NCBI GenBank assembly: GCA_965262755.1
Contig: OZ253557.1
Location: 2,001,513 to 2,025,512 of the forward strand
DNA length: 24,000 nt
DNA from: Alphaproteobacteria bacterium
GTDB taxonomy: Bacteria; Pseudomonadota; Alphaproteobacteria; UBA828
Reading direction: 5' to 3'
The translations under genes were made by a program, and so were the position numbers. The notes below the pieces were generated by a model. It had not been told where the DNA came from. It saw nothing but the letters and a program-made list of their open reading frames with translations, and made no database searches. The stretch's first letter is position 1. Each line of letters opens with the position of its first letter. Shown here piece by piece: positions 1-7,887 of the stretch.

Positions 1-642
1 GGGCTTCATGCCGTAGAGGCCGCACCACGCGGCCGGGATGCGCAGCGAGCCGCCCTGATCGGCGCCCACGGCAACGTCGACCGCGCCAGCCGCGACCAGC
101 GCGGCGCTGCCGCTCGACGAGCCGCCGGCGGCGTGGCTCGGCTTGTGCGGGTTGGGGATCAACCCGGTGGACGCCGTGAAGCTAGAGCCCTCCATGCAGA
201 AGGCGCCGCACACGGCCTTGCCGATGATCGTGCCGCCGGCATCGAGGATGCGGGTGACGATCGTGGCGTCGACCTCCGGCATATAGCCTTCCAGCACCGA
301 GGCGCCGATCGACATGGGCACGCCGGCGAGGCAGACGTTGTCCTTCAGCGCGACGGTCTTGCCCGCGAGCAGCCCGTGGCGTGCGCCGCTCACCTCGCAG
401 CGCCAGTACCAGGCGTTGTGGGGGTTCTCCTCCGGCGGCGGGCGGTGGCCCGGCGTGCGCGGATAGGCGACCGGCAAGCCGGGCTCGGGCAGTGCGTCGA
501 TCCGGGTATAGGACTCGATGCCTTCGGCGATCAGCTCCCGGTAGGACGACGCCAGAGCCGGCGTCAGCCTTATGCCGAATTCGGCGGCGATGGCGACGAG
601 TTCATCGACGCTCGGCGTCCGCACGCTCGGAAAGCTTGCCAT
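1..642 (-). CDS. amidase (amidase-signature family), N-terminal portion; the 3-prime end lies beyond the window edge
   Basis: My own minus-strand translation from the ATG at 642 is open to position 1: MASFPSVRTPSVDELVAIAAEFGIRL...LLAGKTVALKDNVCLAGVPMSIGASVLEGYMPEVDATIVTRILDAGGTIIGKAVC...HAAGGSSSGSAALVAAGAVDVAVGADQGGSLRIPAAWCGLYGMKP. The GGSSSGS and GGS.R.PAA.CG motifs form the amidase signature. It is absent from the ORF track because it runs off the edge. It starts 13 nt after the hydantoinase stop, so an operon is likely. Confidence 0.85.
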   Translation of the reverse strand, partial: MASFPSVRTPSVDELVAIAAEFGIRLTPALASSYRELIAEGIESYTRIDALPEPGLPVAYPRTPGHRPPPEENPHNAWYWRCEVSGARHGLLAGKTVALKDNVCLAGVPMSIGASVLEGYMPEVDATIVTRILDAGGTIIGKAVCGAFCMEGSSFTASTGLIPNPHKPSHAAGGSSSGSAALVAAGAVDVAVGADQGGSLRIPAAWCGLYGMKP

Positions 643-655
643 TACGGAAGCTCTC

Positions 656-2104
656 TCAGCCCTCCGGCCGCTCGACGGCGCGGAACGGGTGGCGTGCGCG
701 GAGCGTGTTCACCGCGTCGAACACCGCCGGGAAGGTCGGCCGCTCGACATAGTGGCCGTCACCCTCGTTTGCGCGGAGCTCCGCGCCGTCCCACACCGGC
801 CGGCCCTGGCTCACGGTGGCGCGCGCGACGCCGGTCACGGTCATGCCCTCGTAGATGTTGAAATCGTTGTTCTGGCGGTGGGTCTCGGCCGAGATCGTGC
901 GCGTGGCCTTGGGGTCCCAGACCACGATGTCGGCATCCGAGCCCACCTTGATCGCCCCCTTGCGCGGATAGATGTTGAAGATCTTCGCGCAGTTGGCCGA
1001 CGTGACGGCGACGAACTCGTTGGCCGTGAGCCGGCCGGTCTCGACGCCCTGGTCCCAGAGCACCGACATGCGGTCCTCGACGCCGCTGGTGCCGTTCGGG
1101 ATCTTCGAGAAGTCGTCCTTGCCGAGGTCCTTCTGCCAGTTGCAGAAGGCGCAGTGATCGGTCGCCGTGGTCTGCAGGTTGCCCGACTGCAGGCCGCGCC
1201 AGAGCGCTTCCCGATGGTCCTTGGGCCGGAACGGCGGGCTCATCACGTAGGCGCGGGCGGCCACCGGGTCGGGGTCGTAGTAGACGCTCTCGTCGATCAC
1301 CAGGTGCTGCGCCAGGCACTCGCCGTAGACGCGCTGCCCTTCGAGGCGCGCGCGCGTGATCGCCTCCAGAGCCTCCCGGCAGGTCACGTGGACGATATAG
1401 ATCGGCGCCTTGAGGAGCTGGGCGATGCGGATGGCGCGATTGGTGGCCTCGCCTTCGACCTCCGGCGGGCGCGACTGCGGGTGGCCCTCCGGCCCGGTGA
1501 CCCCTGCCTTCAGCAGCTCCTGCTGCATCATCCAGACCAGATTGCCGTCCTCGCAGTGGACGGTGCAGAGCGCGCCGAGGTCCCGCGCCCTCGCGAAGCT
1601 GTGCATCATCTTCTCCGCGTCGAGCATGATCTCGCCCTTGTAGGCCATGAAGTGCTTGAAGCTGTTGACCCCGTGATCGCGGGTCAGCGTCCCCATGTCC
1701 TCATGAATCCGGTCGTTCCAATTGGTGATCGCGACGTGGAAGGAATAGTCCGACGGCGCCTTCGCCGCACGCTGCTGCCAGACGCGATAGGCGTCCATCG
1801 GCCGCTGATCCGGCGCCGGGATGACGAAGTCGATGATCATGGTGGTCCCGCCCGAGAGGCCGGCGGCGGGGCCGGTGTAGAAGTTGTCGCCGGTCACGGT
1901 ATCCATGAAGGGCAGTTGCATGTGGGTGTGTGGGTCGATGCCTCCCGGCATGACCAGCGCCTCTCCCGCGTCGACGATCGCGGCGCCGGCGGGCACGTCG
2001 ATCGCCGTGCCGATCTCCTGGATCTTGCCGTCCTCGCACAAGACATCGGCAGGATAGCGCTCGTCCGCGGTCACGACCGTGCCGCCCCTGATCAGCGTTG
2101 ACAT
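656..2104 (-). CDS. D-hydantoinase / dihydropyrimidinase (cyclic amidohydrolase)
   Basis: Lies in the frame of track ORF 656..2680. The conserved family N-terminus MSTLIRGGTVVTADERYPADVLCEDGKIQEIG...MPGGIDPHTHMQLPF begins at the internal ATG at 2104. It gives 482 aa, which is typical. The upstream 190 codons of the ORF are Arg/Gly-rich with no resemblance to anything. Confidence 0.9.
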   Translation of the reverse strand: MSTLIRGGTVVTADERYPADVLCEDGKIQEIGTAIDVPAGAAIVDAGEALVMPGGIDPHTHMQLPFMDTVTGDNFYTGPAAGLSGGTTMIIDFVIPAPDQRPMDAYRVWQQRAAKAPSDYSFHVAITNWNDRIHEDMGTLTRDHGVNSFKHFMAYKGEIMLDAEKMMHSFARARDLGALCTVHCEDGNLVWMMQQELLKAGVTGPEGHPQSRPPEVEGEATNRAIRIAQLLKAPIYIVHVTCREALEAITRARLEGQRVYGECLAQHLVIDESVYYDPDPVAARAYVMSPPFRPKDHREALWRGLQSGNLQTTATDHCAFCNWQKDLGKDDFSKIPNGTSGVEDRMSVLWDQGVETGRLTANEFVAVTSANCAKIFNIYPRKGAIKVGSDADIVVWDPKATRTISAETHRQNNDFNIYEGMTVTGVARATVSQGRPVWDGAELRANEGDGHYVERPTFPAVFDAVNTLRARHPFRAVERPEG

Positions 2105-2287
2105 GGCTGCCTCCCTATCGGCACGGCCGATTGCGCTTCCCCGGCGCGACGTGGGTCGGCCGGGTCGGACCGTTGCCGTGCGATATCCGCTGCACCACAC
2201 TACCCGATCTCCGGCGTACAATCGTGATCTTCGGCTGCCCGAGCGGCCGGCGACACGAGCGGCGGGGGACGGAGCGGGGACCTGTGG

Positions 2288-2740
2288 ATGGAAAAACTCT
2301 GCGAGCAGGAGGTGCGGGGGTTTCACGCCTTCTTGCGGGACTGGCTGGCCGGTGCCGTGCCGCGAACCGGCGAGACCTTCGCCCGGTTCTCCGGCGCGAT
2401 GGATGACGGGGTCGAGGTCATCGGCCCGCGCGGCACGGTGACCGGGCGCAAAGCGTTGGTTGACGAATTCAAAGGATTGCACGGGCAACTCGCCGCCGAC
2501 GCGGACGAATTCGAAATCTGGATCGAGAATTTTCGCCTGCGTTGGGCAGCGGACGATCATGCGCTGGTCACCTATGAGGAATGGCACCGGCGCCGGGGCG
2601 CGACATCCGCGCGCCTCTCCTCGGCCCTCTTTCGCCGCGAGGCGGCGGCGCCCTGCGGCGTGGCATGGCTGCACGTTCACGAGACGTGGTTGCCGGGCCT
2701 CGCACCGGAAGGCGGCGAACGCTTTCCGGAGACCTCTTAG
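2288..2740 (+). CDS. DUF4440 / NTF2-like (SnoaL-like) domain protein
   Basis: A 150-aa ORF, MEKLCEQEVRGFHAFLRDWLAG...RLSSALFRREAAAPCGVAWLHVHETWLP. The pattern F..W..G near the N-terminus and W.H.HET near the C-terminus matches my memory of DUF4440 proteins. It is divergent from the hydantoinase gene. Confidence 0.6.
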   Translation: MEKLCEQEVRGFHAFLRDWLAGAVPRTGETFARFSGAMDDGVEVIGPRGTVTGRKALVDEFKGLHGQLAADADEFEIWIENFRLRWAADDHALVTYEEWHRRRGATSARLSSALFRREAAAPCGVAWLHVHETWLPGLAPEGGERFPETS

Positions 2741-2877
2741 GCCCGCCAGGGCGAGCGCCGCGTTCCATGAACACGCCGATATCCGTCGAGCCTCCGATCC
2801 TCCCGACTCCGGCCGGCGCCCTGCCTCTCGACGCCGTGCACACGCGCGAGCGCCAGTTCACCCGCATCTTCACGACG

Positions 2878-3912
2878 ATGTACGGCCAGAAGCACCGCGC
2901 CCGGACCCGGCTGCCGGTCAAGACCCGGGCCGTCAGGATGCACGAGGCCGGCGGGCCGGAGGTGCTTCGCGTCGAGGACATCTGGGTGCCGGACCCTGGC
3001 GCAACCGAGGTGCGGATTGCCCAGAAGGCGGTCGGACTCAACTTCCTCGACACCTATCAGCGGCGCGGCCTCTTCCCCTCGCCGGGGCTCCCCTGGGTCA
3101 TCGGCTTCGAGGGCGCGGGTATTGTGGAGTCCGTGGGCGGCGCGGTGACGGCGCTCAAGGAAGGCGACCGCGTTGCCTACGCGAGCGCACCACCCGGTGC
3201 CTATGCGGGGCTCCGCACCATCGCGGCGGACGCGGTGGTCAGGCTGCCCGACGCCATCGGCTTCGAGCAGGCCGCCGCCGCCATGCTCAAGGGCATGACG
3301 GCGGAATATCTGGTTCACAAGAGCGGCAAGGTGCAGCCGGGTGACACCGTGCTGGTCCACGCCGCCGCAGGCGGCACCGGGCTGCTGCTCTGCCAGTGGC
3401 TCGCGCATCGCGGCGCCATCGTCATCGGCTGCGCCGGGGACGACGACAAGCGCAGGCTCGCCGAGGCCAACGGGTGCCGCCACGCCATCGACTACCGGCG
3501 GGAGGATGTCGACGCCCGCGTCGCCGACCTCACGGGCGGCGAGGGCCTTGCCGTGGTCTACGATTCCATCGGCCGCGACACGGCCGAGGCCTCCGTCGCC
3601 TGCCTTCGCCCCGGCGGCACGCTCGTGCTTTACGGCAGCTCGTCGGGCGCCGTCCCTCAGCATGTCCTCGCGGCGGCGGCGGAAAAATCCCTCGCGGTCG
3701 TGCGCCCCGGCCTCTTCCAGGAGAACGCCACACCCGCCGCGCTCCAGGCGCGTGCCAGTGCGCTCTTCGAGGTGCTGGAGAGCGGTGCGGTGGTTGCCCG
3801 TATCGGCCGGCGCTATGCGCTCGCCGATGCGGCAGAGGCGCACCGCGACATCGAAGCGAGGCGCACCACCGGCCAGAACGTGCTGATCCCGGCCGACAGC
3901 GTTTCTGTGTGA
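2878..3912 (+). CDS. qor: NADPH:quinone oxidoreductase (zinc-independent MDR family)
   Basis: Motifs seen: RAVRMHEAGGPEVLRVEDIWVPDPGATEVRIAQKAVGLNFLDTYQRRGLFP and VLVHAAAGGTGLLLCQWL (AxxGxxG nucleotide fold). The start is uncertain: ATG 2878 is chosen to keep the first beta-strand, and ATG 2938 is the alternative. The track start at 2581 would overlap the previous gene by 160 nt. Confidence 0.85.
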   Translation: MYGQKHRARTRLPVKTRAVRMHEAGGPEVLRVEDIWVPDPGATEVRIAQKAVGLNFLDTYQRRGLFPSPGLPWVIGFEGAGIVESVGGAVTALKEGDRVAYASAPPGAYAGLRTIAADAVVRLPDAIGFEQAAAAMLKGMTAEYLVHKSGKVQPGDTVLVHAAAGGTGLLLCQWLAHRGAIVIGCAGDDDKRRLAEANGCRHAIDYRREDVDARVADLTGGEGLAVVYDSIGRDTAEASVACLRPGGTLVLYGSSSGAVPQHVLAAAAEKSLAVVRPGLFQENATPAALQARASALFEVLESGAVVARIGRRYALADAAEAHRDIEARRTTGQNVLIPADSVSV

Positions 3913-4028
3913 AGCGGAAACGCTCTCGCTTCTTGTCGCTCACGGCATCCGGCCTGCGGCCGGCGCCTCCGCGCGCGCGGGCGCGCGACGTACGCCGCAG
4001 TAGCGGCGGGCCGCGGTCGCTGCCTGCC

Positions 4029-4053
4029 GCGAGTCCGTCAAAGACGGACTCGC
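4029..4053. promoter_or_regulatory. perfect 11-bp inverted repeat with a 3-nt spacer (GCGAGTCCGTC aaa GACGGACTCGC); either a hairpin or a dimeric-regulator operator
   Basis: Read directly from the sequence. It lies in the 228-bp spacer between qor and the SDR gene. No clear T-tract follows it. Confidence 0.3.
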
Positions 4054-4070
4054 TCTAGTGTCGAGGTGCG

Positions 4071-4099
4071 TTGAGAGAACGGGGGATATGCACTATCAC
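4071..4099 (+). promoter_or_regulatory. possible sigma70-type promoter for the SDR gene (TTGAGA-N17-TATCAC)
   Basis: The hexamers and 17-nt spacing were read by eye, about 40 nt upstream of ATG 4141. This is weak evidence; high-GC genomes give few such matches, but it is not validated. Confidence 0.2.
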
Positions 4100-4140
4100 G
4101 GGGCCGCAAACATCCTATCGCGCGGGCACGGGAGCACCTG

Positions 4141-4899
4141 ATGAGCAAGCCGACAGTCATGATCACGGGCGCCGGAATCGGCATCGGCGAGGCCGCGGCC
4201 TTGGCCTTCGGCCGGGCCGGCTATCACGTCTACGTCACCGACGTGCTCGACGAAGAGGGGCAGGAGACCGTCGCGGCCATCGAGGCAGCCGGCGGCAGCG
4301 CCGAATTCAGCCGTGTCGATGTGACCGACAGCGCCGGTGTGGACGCCGCGGTCGCGGCCGCCGAGGCCGCCACCGGCCCGCTCGACGCCGTCATCGCCAA
4401 CGCCGGCATCGCCCACAAGGTGCCGTTCTCGGAAATGAGCGACGAGAAGTGGGACCACACCCTCGATGTCGACCTCAAGGGCGTGTTCCGCCTCTTTCGC
4501 GCCGCTGCGCCGGCGATGCGCGAGGCGAAGCGGGGTGCGATGGTCGCCGTCTCCTCGGTCATGGGCACGAGCTACGGCTGGCACGATCATGTGCAGTACA
4601 ACGCGGCCAAGGCGGGGGTGGTCGGCCTCGTGCGCGGCCTCGCCTGCGATCTCGGCGGCGACGGCATCCGCGTCAACGGCGTGGCGCCGGGCTTCATCAA
4701 GACCGCGCAGGCGCTCTCCACCGTGCACTCGCTCGGCCTCGCGGGGCTGGAGGCAGCCGCCGAATACATTCCCCTCGGCCGTTACGGCGAGGCCGACGAC
4801 ATCGCCGACGTGATCCTCTTCCTCTGCTCCGACGGCTCGCGCTACGTGAGCGGCCAGACCATCATCGTCGACGGCGGCGTCACGGTCGGCCGTTACTGA
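4141..4899 (+). CDS. SDR-family oxidoreductase (classical short-chain dehydrogenase)
   Basis: Motifs seen: MITGAGIGIGEAAA (TGxxxGxG), IANAGIA (NAG), SSVMG...YNAAKAG (S...YxxxK) and PGFIKT. A GGGAG Shine-Dalgarno lies 6 nt before the ATG. Confidence 0.9.
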   Translation: MSKPTVMITGAGIGIGEAAALAFGRAGYHVYVTDVLDEEGQETVAAIEAAGGSAEFSRVDVTDSAGVDAAVAAAEAATGPLDAVIANAGIAHKVPFSEMSDEKWDHTLDVDLKGVFRLFRAAAPAMREAKRGAMVAVSSVMGTSYGWHDHVQYNAAKAGVVGLVRGLACDLGGDGIRVNGVAPGFIKTAQALSTVHSLGLAGLEAAAEYIPLGRYGEADDIADVILFLCSDGSRYVSGQTIIVDGGVTVGRY

Positions 4900-4913
4900 G
4901 GGGAGGGTCAAGC

Positions 4914-4975
4914 GACGTCAGACGACCGACCTCAAACATCGACCGGTTCCGGGCCCGGGTCTTCGATCTGACGTC
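4914..4975. terminator. long imperfect hairpin between convergent genes; possible bidirectional terminator
   Basis: GACGTCAGA (4914-4922) pairs with TCTGACGTC (4967-4975), and a central palindrome CCGGGCCCGG lies at 4949-4958. It sits between the SDR stop (4899) and the beta-barrel gene stop (5012). Confidence 0.3.
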
Positions 4976-5011
4976 AACCAGATTCCCTCAAGGGCGCCCG
5001 GATCTCTTGCG

Positions 5012-6229
5012 TCAGTTGACGATCTCCGCGCCGAAGGCGCCGAGGACGTCACCGTTCGTGAAATGGCCGCTGAAAGTCCCGGCTACGCCGGACGGGAACG
5101 TGGGCTGGTTGCCCGGCATCGCGGCAACGTTGTCGACGACGACGGGTCCGAAGAAGCGGCCGTTCCAGGCGCCCGTCAAGCCTTGATCGCCCTCGGTCGC
5201 GCCGCTGAACACGTTGCCGTTCGTGCCTGTGAGAGCACCGCTTTGTTGACTGTTGAACGACGCTGCCCCCAGGTCGAGACTCCAGCTGGAGTCGATGGAT
5301 CGGCCTCTGCTGTCCCTGAAGTTGTCGATCGAGCCGACGGTCGAATAATGGTCGTTTGCCGGCACGTTGCCGCCGCGAAACGTGGCGGTGAGCATTGCAT
5401 CGGCGGTGAACTGGCTGCCTCTCCGGTTATCGACGTCACCGTCCGGCGTGACCCTTCTCTTCACATAGACGCCCGTGGCGGATCCTTCATAGGTCGCTCG
5501 CCCCTCGAGCTCCTGGACGGTGTTGATCGCGGACTCTGCGGTGCCGTCGGCAATGGCGCCGACCATGATGATGGGATCGCCATTCGCTTCGGATTCATGC
5601 ATCCAGTAGCCGAAATGGACGTAGTCGCTGTCCTCCACCGGCACCAGGAACACATTATCGTCAGGTGCAAATCGCCATTCGCCGCTTACCTCGACCAGCG
5701 CGCCGTTCACATCTGTTGAGAGGAAGCACATCGAGACGCACGTGTAGGTGCCCGGCGCGCCGTGGAACCTGCCCGCAAACTCGGCGTCGGCCATGAACGG
5801 CACATCCATCTGATTGACCGCCGATGGGAACTCGGCCACACCGCTTACCATCTCCACATTGCCGGAGTTGACGATCAGCGAGTCGTTGTTGTCGAGCGGA
5901 TGGACCATGTGAAACGGCGTGGGCGTTGGCTCGTCTTTGTTGCTGTAGAGGACAAACGTATCGGTCGAATCCGCCTCGTTCATTCGCACGTATACATTGT
6001 CGTCCCAGCCATCGATCCGGGTTCTGACCGCGTCAGCCATCTCCTCGAGCATCGAGTTATCGACGGGTGTCCCGGAGCCGTCGGCGTTCAGCAAGTCCGG
6101 TGCCGTGGACGCAGGATCCGCGTTGATCGCCACATCGAGCGCCTTGGCAACATCCTGGGGTATCGCTGGAGGCGACGACGACGGCGGCCCTCCGTCGGAT
6201 CCGCCGCCACAAGCCCTCTCTGCCAACAT
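5012..6229 (-). CDS. TbpB/fHbp-like C-terminal beta-barrel protein (transferrin-binding-protein-like solute-binding domain); the 5-prime end appears cut off by the IS, so it is probably a pseudogene
   Basis: Lies in the frame of track ORF 5012..6817. After the IS boundary the protein reads (VML A)ERACGGGSDGGPPSSSPPAIPQ.... The C-terminal part has the pattern GRATYEGSATGVY...FTADAMLTATF...GSIDNF...WSLDLGAASF...GAWNGRFFGP...GVAGTFSGHFTNGDVLGAFGAEIVN, as in 8-stranded TbpB-lobe/fHbp/HpuA barrels. No signal peptide is present in the contiguous ORF; ATG 6229 and GTG 6232 are only nominal starts. Two 60-nt lines I counted gave 60-62% G+C. Confidence 0.6.
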   Translation of the reverse strand: MLAERACGGGSDGGPPSSSPPAIPQDVAKALDVAINADPASTAPDLLNADGSGTPVDNSMLEEMADAVRTRIDGWDDNVYVRMNEADSTDTFVLYSNKDEPTPTPFHMVHPLDNNDSLIVNSGNVEMVSGVAEFPSAVNQMDVPFMADAEFAGRFHGAPGTYTCVSMCFLSTDVNGALVEVSGEWRFAPDDNVFLVPVEDSDYVHFGYWMHESEANGDPIIMVGAIADGTAESAINTVQELEGRATYEGSATGVYVKRRVTPDGDVDNRRGSQFTADAMLTATFRGGNVPANDHYSTVGSIDNFRDSRGRSIDSSWSLDLGAASFNSQQSGALTGTNGNVFSGATEGDQGLTGAWNGRFFGPVVVDNVAAMPGNQPTFPSGVAGTFSGHFTNGDVLGAFGAEIVN

Positions 6230-6284
6230 CACTGAGACACCAGCAACCTTTGGAATTTCTGTAGGGCGGTGGAGGTGAAAACCG

Positions 6285-6767
6285 ATGACCGCAGAGAGAG
6301 ACTCGATGACATTGAATGAGGTTTCCGTTCCGGCCCTGGGGGTCGAGGAGCGTAGCGACGAGGCCCCCAGGGCCGGCCGCGCCAGACCGACCCCGGACCC
6401 GGAGGTTGTGGCCAAGCCGAAGCGGCGCCAGTTCACCGCAGAGTATCGGCTGCGGGTTCTGGAGGAGGCGGATCGCTGCACACAGCCCGGCGAGGTGGGC
6501 CGCCTGCTTCGCCGCGAGGGGTTGTACAGCTCGCATCTGACGGCTTGGCGCAAGGCGCGGCGCAAGGGCTCGCTGCGGGAGTTGGCCGCGAAGAAGCGCG
6601 GCGCGAAACCGGCCGAACGCAACCCGCTGGATGCGAAGGTGCGCGCGCTCGAGGCGCAAGTGGCTCGCCTGGAGCACGAGTTGCACACCGCGCACACGAT
6701 CCTGGACGTGCAGGGAAAAGTTGCCGGGCTGCTGGGATTGAACCTCGAACACGGAACGCGCTCTTGA
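6285..6767 (+). CDS. IS3-family transposase OrfA (HTH plus leucine-zipper region)
   Basis: KRRQFTAEYRLRVLEEADRCTQPGEVGRLLRREGLYSSHLTAWRKARRKG, followed by a coiled-coil region LDAKVRALEAQVARLEHEL. The start could also be the ATG at 6306. Confidence 0.85.
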   Translation: MTAERDSMTLNEVSVPALGVEERSDEAPRAGRARPTPDPEVVAKPKRRQFTAEYRLRVLEEADRCTQPGEVGRLLRREGLYSSHLTAWRKARRKGSLRELAAKKRGAKPAERNPLDAKVRALEAQVARLEHELHTAHTILDVQGKVAGLLGLNLEHGTRS

Positions 6768-7768
6768 TCGCGGTCCAACCGCTTGCGGCGCAGGTCGGCG
6801 TGGCGCCGGCCTGCCAAGCACTGGGCGTGTCACGGGCGAGCTTCTACCGTCGTCAGAGGCCAACTCCCGGGCACCGGCAGCCCCGTCCAACGCCCGCCCG
6901 GGCGCTGTGTGAAGCCGAGCGCGAGCAGATCCTCGATGTGCTCGCCGGCCCGCGCTTCGTCGACCGTGCGCCGGCGGAGGTCGTGGCGACGCTGCTCGAC
7001 GAAGGCCATTACCTGTGCTCGGAGCGGACGATGTATCGGATCCTGGCCGCCGATCAGCCGGTCCGAGAGCGGCGCAATCAGCGCGAGCATCCCCAGTACA
7101 CCAAGCCCGAGCTGGTGGCCACGGCGCCGAACCAGACCTGGTCCTGGGACATCACCAAGCTGTTGGGGCCGACCAAGTGGACGTACTTCTACCTCTACGT
7201 CGTGCTCGACATCTTCAGCCGCTACGCGGTCGGCTGGATGGTCGCAGACCGGGAGAACTCGGCGCTGGCCGGTCGTCTCATCGAAGAGACCTGCCACAAC
7301 CAGGGCGTCCAGCCCCAGGTGCTCACCCTGCACTCCGACCGCGGCGCGCCGATGACGAGCAAGTGCACCGCACAACTGCTCGCCGACCTCGGCGTGACCC
7401 GTTCACTGAGCCGCCCTCAGGTGTCCGACGACAACCCCTTCTCCGAGGCCCAGTTCAAGACCCTGAAGTACCACCCCGGCTTCCCTGGCCGCTTCCACGA
7501 CATCACCGCCGCGATCGCCTTCTGCCGAACGTTCTTCCCTTGGTACAACACCGAACATCGCCATGGCGGGATCGCGATGCTCACCCCGGACGACGTCCAT
7601 CACAATCGAACCCAGAGCGTGCTGGAGCAGCGCGGGCGGACCCTTCAAGCCGCCTGGACCCGTCATCCCGAACGCTTCGTTCGAGGGATCCCACAACCGG
7701 ATCCCCCTCCCCAAGCCGTCTGGATCAACCCACCTGTGATACCCACAACAGGAGAAACTGCTCAGTAA
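6285..7768 (+). CDS. IS3-family transposase OrfAB fusion produced by a programmed -1 frameshift (OrfB is the DDE/rve integrase domain)
   Basis: The -1 frame is open from 6545 to 7768. It encodes LGVSRASFYRR (HTH_21-like), NQTWSWDITKL...YLYVVLDIFSRYAVGW (first D), LHSDRGAPMTS (second D) and DNPFSEAQFKTLKY (E region). The slippery heptamer lies at 6713-6719. Confidence 0.8.
6713..6719 (+). other. candidate -1 ribosomal slippery heptamer G_GGA_AAA (X_XXY_YYZ)
   Basis: In the OrfA frame the codons are CAG GGA AAA GTT (Q G K V). Slipping back by 1 nt gives GGG AAA AGT TGC..., which is the OrfB frame. It lies 48 nt before the OrfA stop. Confidence 0.55.
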
Positions 7769-7801
7769 ATCGCAATCGTCACTGTCTCAAAGTCGTTGAC
7801 A

Positions 7802-7887
7802 GGTTCCGAAGCGGACAGGACTCCTGACAAGCTGCCAACTACCAGGAGCATCGCGATTGAGTGAAGGGATCCGATTTGGCGTCTCAT
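7802..7887 (-). pseudogene. orphan gene start encoding a Sec signal peptide, abutting the IS right end; probable original 5-prime end of the beta-barrel protein gene
   Basis: A GAGGAG Shine-Dalgarno lies 9 nt upstream of ATG 7887. The translation MRRQIGSLHSIAMLLVVGSLSGVLSASEP has an n-region, an h-region and an LSA|S cleavage-like site. The ORF runs directly into the IS terminus. Confidence 0.5.

Larger units (their letters stand above)
6221..7801 (+). mobile_element. IS3-family insertion sequence (about 1.58 kb) with imperfect terminal inverted repeats TG...CA
   Basis: IRL TGCCAACATCACTGAGACA versus the reverse complement of IRR TGTCAACGACTTTGAGACA match at 14 of 19 positions, with further similarity inward (TTGGAATTTCTG versus TTGCGATTTACTG). 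It has two overlapping ORFs in the 0/-1 frame arrangement typical of IS3. No target-site duplication is seen, and the alternative inner ends are 6233/7789 (TGAGACA...TGTCTCA). Confidence 0.8.

Noticed and set aside
572-2101. 509-aa plus-strand ORF antisense to the hydantoinase gene. The same pattern applies to 2737..3843(-), 4071..5186(+), 4096..4911(-), 8216..9181(-), 11558..12991(-), 14372..15289(+), 16595..17788(-) and 19210..21729(-, 839 aa).
   Set aside because: All lie antisense or out of frame to genes with strong family motifs. Their translations are Arg/Gly/Ala/Pro/Asp-rich with no recognisable motifs. This is the usual open-frame artefact of roughly 70% G+C DNA.
2105-2680. N-terminal 192-codon extension of the hydantoinase ORF (track 656..2680).
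   Set aside because: The conserved family N-terminus starts at ATG 2104. The extension is low-complexity and would overlap the divergent DUF4440 gene.
6218-7804. Target-site duplication flanking the IS.
   Set aside because: The flanks CTC/TCTC (left) and GGT/GGTT (right) do not match. There is also no match for the alternative ends 6233/7789 (CAC versus AAG). I therefore do not claim a TSD.
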